Shown here in pieces: positions 54,437 through 64,000 of a stretch of DNA of 64,000 bases (within the stretch, counting starts at the first letter, position 1; every line of letters starts with the position of its first letter). Below the pieces are notes generated by a model that did no database searches, was not told where the DNA came from, and saw only the letters and a list, made by a program, of their open reading frames with translations. The stretch is from positions 5,227,454 to 5,291,453 of the forward strand of contig NW_002060946.1 in NCBI RefSeq assembly GCF_000150275.1. The letters are read 5' to 3'. This stretch comes from Trichoplax adhaerens (Eukaryota; Animalia; Placozoa). The position numbers and the translations under genes were made by a program.

Positions 54437-55280
54437 GTTGGAGAAAGCTAGCAGTAGCATGGAGGATAATTTAGAAAAGTCTGCAGGCAGAATCAAGTCT
54501 GATAGAGTACCAATGTCGAGATACTACATGATATGACATCATTCCATGGAGTTCGGTTGGGCACAGTACCAGGTCCGGTACCAAGATGTTCCACATAGTC
54601 TTGATGTTGACGATCGGGCGGGGGACTAGTGGAAGTGGTTGCAATTGGCTGCTACGCCAAGCATGCACTGAGTAGGGTAAGGAAGACAGCAGGGACTGCT
54701 ATTGCTACTGTATGGGGATTTACCCAGTGGATTGAACTTAGTGGTCGAAATTGATTCCGGTAGATTTGATTTACTGTTACAACTTGATTGGATTGGATAG
54801 ACAAACTGGGTGGAAAAATACACTAGGCAACGAATTGGATCTCTATCCATGCTTGTATCAATAAGCTTTGAAAAAGCTTGAAGGATATTATTGGATCATT
54901 CGGGGGTACATTAACACCGTGTTGCATTCAAATCCACTATTCAAACGTTTCCATTGGCGATTGAAAAAGAACGCAATTCACCATCAAAATCATTCTCCAA
55001 AACGGTTTGCTTTGATCGAGAAGGTCAAGATAGGAGAAGAGCTTGTCCTATCATTTGTTCTTGTATTCTGCTAACCAACTGATAGACGATTGAATTATTG
55101 TACAAGTTTAGACTAGAAAAAGAGACCCACTTTGCTCCTCCAATGCAGACTAAAAAGAAAGTAATGATGACCATCATGGCGTTCTACTACAGGCATTAAA
55201 GTCTTTCCAACCAGTCACGATAGACGAGCATCCCAAAGCTTGTAGTCGACAGGCAAGAGTCCTACTTCACTTCTTTCAAG

Positions 55281-58200
55281 ATGGCCGCTAATCGATATAA
55301 AGATGAATTGGAACGCATTGCCAATGGGAAAAAATATTATTATGTAATAGAAGCGTTTGAAACGATAGCTACTGTAGTTGACACCGCCAGTTATAATCAT
55401 TACATTATTTCACCTGGCGATATATTATCCATGGATCAATCGACCAGGAGAGGTTATCGATTACATCAGGCAGGAAATTTCCGATCACCATATCAACTTA
55501 AATTGAAGATCGAAAGCCTCAAGACACCCAAGATAATTAAAACCGTGGGTAAAGTTATAGATCATTGTACTAACCGTCTATCTATCGTCGAAGCTGCTAT
55601 ATTACTTGGTATTCGCGATGTGAACGAACGACAGAAAGTATATACAGAAACACTCGATAAAGTGATCAATGCTGAAATTGGTGATTGGATTGATATCACT
55701 CATGGCAAACATTTATACCAACTTTATCAAATCTCAGATATCCTGCCGGCCAAAAATAAAAAGATGCATCTAGTCATTCGAGTCAGTCAGGTAATACAAA
55801 TATTAAAACTCGATCTGCAACATGCTAATGGCCAATCTACAATTGACTCTACTTTTGAAACGGCTATTTTCCTGCCTCTTGCCCATAAACCTTTCTACCT
55901 ATTGATCGAAAGCTCTATCACCAATAGACTCCTCGATCTTACTGTATGTACTGTATAGGGCTAACCTTAGATAGTTAGTATCATCATGCAACTAGGATCC
56001 CTCATTATATTGTCCATAAACCCTTCTACCTATTGATCGAAAGCTCTATCACCAATAGACTTCTCGATCTTACTGTATGTACTGTATAGGGCTAACCTTA
56101 GATAGTTAGTATCGTCATGCAACTAGGATCCCTCAATTATTTTGCAGCTTGACTACATGTATTCAAATGCTACGTAGTTGCTAGCGAATGAATGTTAAAT
56201 ACAGTAGGAGGTAAGTTTAATGTTAGCCCTGAAACTTTGACCTCTAATAAAAGTGACACACTACCGTTATTATTCTACTGTAGAGTAAATTACTTTACCA
56301 GTCAGTTTTGAATGCAAATAAAAAATTATTAAGTAATTATTATTTGATTCATTTGCTCTCACCATTGACTGTTTTGCTCATAGTAAGTGTGTTTTAATCT
56401 TTGTTTGCTCCACTATTTTAGCCTATCCATGATATTGACACGGCGGCAAGATTGTATGACTTTCCTGCCGATAAAGTTGTATTTTTAAGTGCTACCAAGT
56501 CTCAGACTGATCAAAATCAACGACATTCAAGCAAAATAAATAATTATAATGACGAGCAAACTTTGGATAAAACTGATGCTGATAATTTATGTACGCGTAA
56601 TCGCAACCGCAATGATCAAATCTTTCCCATGGCATACCCTGAAATACCTCGTAGGACGATGGAAGTCGATGAAAATGTTAGCTCCATGTAATAAATGTGT
56701 CTGACAATAACTATCTTAGTCAAACGGTATTTTCTAAAAGGCTTTTATTACAAGCTTTTAGCAATAGCAGAGCAATAATTAATTACTACAAGAATCTAGT
56801 CTAAAATCGAAAGTATTCCGACCTCAAAGCGAAGTGAAGTCTCTTCTCTTCTGTGAGCTCATCTCTACACTTCTTAGAAACCTTTCCTTCAATCCATTTA
56901 TAGCAACTTGATTAATCAACAATCAGACAGGAATTGATTATCAAACAAAACACTTTTCTCTAATCGTACATTATTATTTTCTACAATCTAAATCATTTTA
57001 CTTAAGATGTCACTACTCTTCTATTAACGTCTAGCCCCTTTCTTCGAAGAGCATCTTAACAATTACAGTGTTTCTAGCTAGATAAATCTTGTACCATAAT
57101 TAGTCAACTGGCTACTATTAGTCATCAACAATTTCTAATATAGTAGTTAGCAATCATCTAATATTAACTTCACGGTCATATCTATTCAAAGCAACCTAAC
57201 TATATCAAATATAGCTAACCGTATTTCAAATATGGGTGTATCACTACACTCCAATCCTGCTACGTAGGCTAATCTAGTTGAAACAATTTGAACTATTTCA
57301 AGGACTAGTATAGCCCTTGCTGACAATGCTTGCGCATAATGTACTCGTAATATAATGTTGACTACTATCGATTCATACCTTTAGCTCAACTTACTCATCG
57401 CGTTATGCTAAGCACCATTTCATTTTGCACTTTACAAAAAATAATGATGCTACTTTACTAGACCTCAGCTACTATATAGGATAATCGTACACAATAGCAG
57501 TAGTTTATAGTATTTAAGGTCAACATATCATCCAAGTATTGCTTTACATGTACTGACTTTTAAGTAATATTATCCTCAACTAATTGTGCTGGTGATTCTT
57601 CGAAACATTACTTTAGTAGCTGTACTAGTAGTATACTTACACCAACATATAAATTTATTCTAATATTTACATAATTCATACAGTAGCGATCAATACTTAC
57701 TATTTATTGATTGACACATGCTCGATAGGCAACAAGACATGCTGAAAATTTAACTCATCAGGAAAGCCTACGAACGCAATATAATGACCATGTCAAGCAA
57801 TATGAACGTAGTAAAACTTTACCAAGACTTGGGGATAACAACTCATACTCACGGCAACTTCCGAGTTCATCGATAGATGACACTGAAGTACAAAGAATGT
57901 TGAAGCGATCAAAGGTAGAGAATCATTGCTTAATTACAAAGGACCGCCATGAGCATTGGCATGCGATTGAATTACAACTATGTTGCTTATATATACATAA
58001 TAACATAATTTGTATACCTTCACTATAAAAATAGGAGACGGGAATATCTGTGACGTCGGATAATACAAGGAATAATCAACCTAAAATTCGTGAGGTTTGC
58101 TAGCAGTCTTTAATCCGTTTCTGTGTAACCCCTAGCGTATGTCTAGTAATATCTGAAAACGTTCAATTTACGTTACTTGCAGTGACATAGTCACAATGAC

Positions 58201-61200
58201 GCCTTTAATCATATGTTTTTGTTCAAAAAATTTTATTCGTATCAATGAATGGAATAGGTTGATCAAAGTCTATATGGTGGTATTGCGACGGCAGCTAACA
58301 GCAAAAGTAACAGCCGGCCTGAATCCATGTCAAACGTTATCACGGTTACGAAAGGTCTTACTAATGTTAATCCACAGCACCTTCACTATGGTTATCCAGT
58401 ATTGGTTGTTTTAAATAGCACACTTTACCGTGGCACTGTTGTTAGCTGTCGCACTGAAAGTAATGAAGCGGTCATCGAAGTGGTAAGTTCTAGATTTCAA
58501 AACAAATAAAACGTTGACATAATTGCAACAATTACATGCAATATTTCTATTTTTTAATTATAACAATAGATTGAACTAAGACACATTTATGAGATACGTC
58601 GGACAGGTTTATCTAATAAAGATAAACACACAGTTGTTGTGCCGTATGACTTTATCTTTGTCGATAATAGCGAATCGGTCAATGAAATTAGAAGTTATCA
58701 AGGCAGTACCGATATTGACATTCCAAGAGATTTTAAATCGAGTAGATTGGAAAATCTACCAGAAGATGTCTGGCGTCGAAAAAATATTTCTAAAGGCGGT
58801 AATAATAATACGATTAAAACAGAAACTAAAAAGCAATCTGTGAAATCAAACCAAGAGGCATCTTCAATTACCACCGAATCAACATTACAGCTACTAGATT
58901 CAGTTGCAATTGGTAAGCGTATCGCGATCCTGGATAGCAATAATAAATATGGGGAAGTAACTAAAATGCGAACATTAGATGAACTTGATTTCATGGAACG
59001 TCAAAAACTATCCCATTCGATTAATGATGGTGTCAATATTTTCGTCACTGTTAAGCTCGAGAAAGTAAGGCATTTCCCTCCGTATAGTATTGTAGCACAA
59101 AGTATATAAATTTGGAAATAAAACATACCTTCTTTAATCCTTAACTGAAATCATTTCTGATATCAATACCATTACATTTATCATTAAGATTAATTATTAC
59201 TATCTTTTCTATCGATCGCATATTTATTATTTATTAGGAATCAGCAATTTATGGTCAAGAGTTGATTACAGCTGTGGCTAAGTATATATACTCTAAGACT
59301 AGCAAAGAAGTTATTGTCCCGTTAAACATGTGCAGACCTATACAATCTAATCGTTCATCTGACCTAAGAGTTGATGAACGTGCTCGACAAAGTAGGGCAT
59401 TTCGTAAATATTGTATTTTTATTTCTAATCATCTCATATATTACTTTAATGTAACATATAAATTTAAGTATAGTATTGCTTTGTACACATTTTTTAGATT
59501 TCGGAGATTTCGATTCACCAATAGTAAAAGATTACATTCCGCCACCATCTTCACTTTCAGCTCTTATGTATGGTGATAATCGAGGGATTCAAGGTCATAA
59601 CAATTCCTGTTACCTGGACTGTACACTATTTAGTATGTTTTGCTGTAGCTCTAATTTCGACGAGATGCTACAACCCGAAAATTTTTCTAACGCCGACGAA
59701 AATTTAAAAGAAATTCAGGGTTGCCTAAGTAGTGGAATTGTTAATTGCTTAAGAAGGTACAGTATTGAAGGGAAACGGTCGTTGTTATTATTAATAAGGA
59801 TGCAAAGATTTCGTAATAAATATCATGGTATCTTCGTGTAAATGACAAGATAAATCCAGTTTAATTTATAACAATTACTTTGTATGTACGATGATTTTTT
59901 AAAGCCATGGTTTCGTTCGAGCTGATCGTGTGGCTAGATTTAGGCAGATTTTGGAAGCTACTGGCCAGATAAAAGGTGTACTTGACCAAGAAAAAGGTAA
60001 ACGGACTTATTAATCCCTAAGATTAAATTTCGGTGTATGCCGCACATCTAATTGACTTAGATCCGTATTGCACACGTGTAAGCAGAGTTTCAGCGATATC
60101 TGGATTTACATTTCGTTAAACTATAGATCCAGAGGAATTTATCAATTTTTTAATGAATCTCCTGTGGCCAAAGAAGCCATTGCTGGAATTAAAACTTATG
60201 TAATCAACTATTTTAAAGACTACTATAGCTAAATCATGTAAATAGCACAGGATCATTTAGTACTTGTCGCATTTCAGATCAACAAACAATTCGTATGATG
60301 GCAATATTCTTCAAATTCTTGGTGTAAGAGATCCAAGAGAAACAATGCCGACGCTGCAAAATTTGTATGAAAAGTCCATGATATTTTCTGATATTAAATT
60401 TGCTAAGGTCAGCTTAATGCCTTGTATAACTGAAATTTTAATATTAATAGACTGATCTCACTTTGACTCAGCTTACTAATTCTTTACTTGTAATTATGTA
60501 GAAACCAAGTTGTTTAATATTACAATTACCACGTAACGGTCAAGATAAGATGTTTGATAAAACTTTTATTAATCTTACCCTGGATATTTCTGATCAGATG
60601 GAAAATTGTAAGTTGATGAAATAATCAAAAAAATGATCGTACTTCAATTTCCATTCTTATATGTCCTTAAAATGCTATCTATCGATGTGAAATGATAAAT
60701 ATATGATGAATTACTATATTTTCTCTTCAGACATTCGTCGCTGCCTTATATGTGGTAAAATTGCAAAGTTGGAATGTGTAGCATGTCGAAAAGAAAAGTT
60801 ATTCGAAAAGTCATTTGCTCATGTTTCCTACTGCGAATGCTGTTACGATATTGTTCATTCTGATTCTGGACGTAGGATGCACTCGGATGATCTAAAATCA
60901 TTAATCAAATTACAATCTGAGCATGATATAGATAGGCCACAAACAAATGATTGTAACAACAATCATAGAATTCAACTGAATTTATTTGCTGTTATTTGTA
61001 TCTCCATATCCCACTATGTGGCATTTGTTCGCTGTGGTAACAAAGTCGACTCGAATTGGTGTTTCTATGACAGCATGTTTGATCGTGATAGTAAGTCGAA
61101 GCTTTAAAACATATTATCTGGTAAATGTTTATAAATACGTCAAACACTATTTCTTTTTTATTATTTTCTAGTTACTGGTTACAATATTCCCCGCGTAGAA

Positions 61201-61332
61201 AGATTAGACGATGTAGCAACGTGGCTAAGTGATCATAGATACGCTTGTGAGGGCTATTTAAATGAGAATGTACCAGATCGTTTACGGCGATTATTTGAAG
61301 ATGCATATATTTGTATGTATAGCTCCGATTAA
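55281..61332 (+). CDS. CYLD: CYLD-family ubiquitin-specific protease, ~14 exons
   Basis: Cys box RGIQGHNNSCYLDCTLFSMF, GFVRADRV, QEKDPEEF and LILQLPR are present. So are B-box CLICG...CVAC...CECC...H, His box LFAVICISISHYVAFV, WCFYDSM, GYNIPRV and end LFEDAYICMYSSD*. N-terminal AILLGIRDVNER resembles CYLD ELLLAITNCEER. Confidence 0.92.
55883..56134. repeat. Near-identical ~131-bp tandem duplication in CYLD intron 1
   Basis: ccataaaccYttctacctattgatcgaaagctctatcacc...gcaactaggatccctca occurs twice. Confidence 0.95.
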
Positions 61333-62710
61333 CTTTATTTGATATTTTCGGGTTATAATTTGATCGAAAGATGTTACAATATATTTGAGATGACATACAT
61401 TGAATGATATTATTGATATTGCGACTATAGCTATACTGTATATGAACTTAATCTGTATTAAATCTCACAGAACAGAATATGGTAAAATAGTTATTTGTAT
61501 ACGAAAATCTGCCTAGTTAGTATTGTGTTAATAGTTTTGCCGTACTTTACCACGATGAATAATTAAACTTTACGTTAAGAGTGCTTCACATATATTTGTA
61601 GTCATAACAGTCTATTATTTAAATTGAAGTTGTAATTACAGCCGATGCTGTACAGTTTGATATGTATTTATGCTGTCATATTATATAGCTATTTTATAAT
61701 AGTAATGAAAGTAAAATTATCTCATGCTTTTGCACACCCGAGTATTCTGTAATCGTTATAGTTATAACTCCATGGTATCATATCGTTTAGTTTTAGTCAG
61801 TTAAATCATAGATTTACGCAAATTGGTAATTATTTTTATAATTATCCGTGTAACCTATAGAAATATGATTTGAATAATATTTATCATCCGAGATATTATT
61901 TATCCTGATCTAGTGTGTATAGCTCTTAAAAATGTTGTTAATCATTACGTATTAGACTACTCTATGTGGCACATATCGTTCCGATTGATATGTTCTATAC
62001 GTCATTTTCACTTGATTCCGCAAACTTTATAAAATGCCAAATTTTCTTTTATCTTCACGAGACTTTTCACGTAATCATAGATACTGGATACTGTATTGGG
62101 TGCTTAACTCATTATCTAAAATTAACAACCAGTACCATTAACTTTATTATGTATTCCTGGGTATTTTGGACATTATGAATATGATTAATATGATGCTGCA
62201 TTACAGTATATCTATCTTTGCTAACAAATTAATGCAATATTGAAGGTCTTTATCAATGTGAAATACTGCCATATAAAATAAAATTTAATTTAGGCAACAG
62301 TTTCTTTTCTAACTTGGTGAATGATTCATGATAAAATTAAAATTGATAATCATAATTTCGCTGTAAATTTGCTATATAACAATAATTTTATTTCCTATCC
62401 TAAGCTGATTCAACCTCTTAAATTACTTCATGCCTGAACATTACGTACATTCTTTCAGTTGACACCGGCCCAATAAGCTGGGTTTCCAGAGCACAACATC
62501 ATTAAGGCATAAGGAGTATAATTACTTATCATGAATTAAAATGCTACATCTATGAGTTTGGCACTGACTTATCTGTATTCTATTCGTATGTATATAAAAT
62601 TTAGGTATAATGTTGTCATTTAAAAGACTGAATTATCATTCATTATGTTAGAAATAGTAAATATTTTAACATAGCGAACGAATACTGTCTATTAGTCAAG
62701 TATTGGACTG

Positions 62711-63921
62711 TCAAATGGATTTATTGCATCCACATCGAATAGGATAGCGGTAATCTGCAACTTCGGTGTATTGGTAGCCTCTTCTTGTCTTGCACAACAT
62801 TTGAACTGTTGTTTTTTGGGTGGCTGCAGGTAGACAGCCAGTCTGACATTGAGGTACTTTTTTGATGCTTTTACAAAAGTAATCACTTCGTTTGTAGGTA
62901 TAAATGCCTCGATGAACATTACATTCTATAATAAGAATTAGCATATAAGAACATAATCGGCATATTGATGGGTGCACTTTGAGGACATAACTAACTTTTT
63001 GGTCACGTTTGAATACTGGTATATATATATACATATAGAATGACATATTATTGATCGTACTATGAAAGATCCCATATTCGATCTAGATTTGCAGCGTTAC
63101 GCGTAAAATAGGTAAAAGAATTAGAACTACGGCAATAAAATACACTATAAATGATAGTATGCTGTATGGGAGTGTGGAATAAACTATTGAAATGCTTGTA
63201 GCACAATGTTAGTACCTGTAAGATAATTTTTAAGATCTAAAGACTAATATTCGGTAAAGTTGCTGAATACCGAATATGCCGTAATATAGAATAAGAAATA
63301 CAAATAGGACATATTAGCTACTGCCATTAGCTAAAATGAGATTAAAGCATGTATCTTCTATGTCAACCAAACCAAAAATCAATTATAATCACGGAAGACA
63401 AAGTCATATTTACATAAGAATTGAATAAGCAGCTTCCGAAATCTCAAGCAATCCTAGAGAAATCGTAGCAAGTCTGCGCTATCAGACTTATATGATTGTC
63501 GTAATCAAAAAATTGAGTAACTTCTGTAGTAGTACAGTAATCATTAAGCTAGCTAGGGTTTATTCAAATGCATTATGCTGTATTTCAGGTAACGACGAAT
63601 AAGTAGATATGAGAATGCTTAGTATTTGACAAATCATAACCTTTTTTCATTACTATCCATCGTGCGAGTGGTAATGCTCGGGGAAATACTCTTACATTAC
63701 ACTACACCGGTTTAGCTTAAGTAAGATTTTCTAAAATTTAATTTGTTCATAAAATATGCTAATCTTACCACAATTCATGCAACTCATTTCTTCTACACGT
63801 GGCTGGCAGCTTGCAATATTGTTATTGCAACTGATTGTTTGGAATCGACTTCGCACACCGCGGGAACATGGTCTACTAGTGGAGCAATTTGTCCAATCTG
63901 TCCAATTTCGAGCGAAACAAC
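62711..63921 (-). CDS. 3' end of a probable extracellular protein: TSP1 repeat exon (63921-63769) and cystine-knot-like terminal exon (62925-62711); 5'-partial
   Basis: The first exon reads CFARNWTDWTNCSTSRPCSRGVRSRFQ...C (WxxWxxC...CxxGxRxR). The terminal exon reads CNVH...CKSIKKVPQCQTGCLP...C...CGCNKSI*. Both junctions are phase 1. Confidence 0.75.
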
Positions 63922-64000
63922 CTGAATGAATAAAGAGAATAAAAATAAAAATTCCCTTAGAATAATCATAGTTTGTCTATCAAAATGATTGCGTAGATAT

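Overview
AT-rich, intron-dense animal genomic DNA with many ~80-bp GT-AG introns and two N-gaps. Gene content and abundant ACAGT/ACTGT pentamer repeats suggest the placozoan Trichoplax; that assignment is an inference, not proven. Gene order, from exons I spliced by eye: Iroquois homeobox gene (5'-truncated, +), peroxisomal Lon protease LONP2 (+, ~30 exons, C-terminal SRL), TMEM55/PIP4P (-), Acinus ACIN1 (+), VPS9D1 (-), Derlin-1 (-), tRNA-Gly(TCC) (+), a Sel1-like-repeat + Roc-COR gene (+), a CYLD-family deubiquitinase (+), and the 3' end of a TSP1 + cystine-knot gene (-). Several tandem arrays with 80-280 bp units lie in introns and intergenic DNA. The most notable observations are: (1) a kinase-less SLR-Roc-COR protein with a degenerate G3 motif and a large Roc insertion; (2) a neighbouring CYLD with an intact USP domain but three eroded CAP-Gly domains; (3) a U12-type intron in LONP2; (4) a gene set whose human orthologues fall on 16q, 14q11 and 8q; (5) a TSP1-CTCK gene end; (6) palindromic ACAGT and ACGT repeat modules upstream of genes. 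Most short ORFs in the supplied track are spurious or are exon read-throughs into introns.
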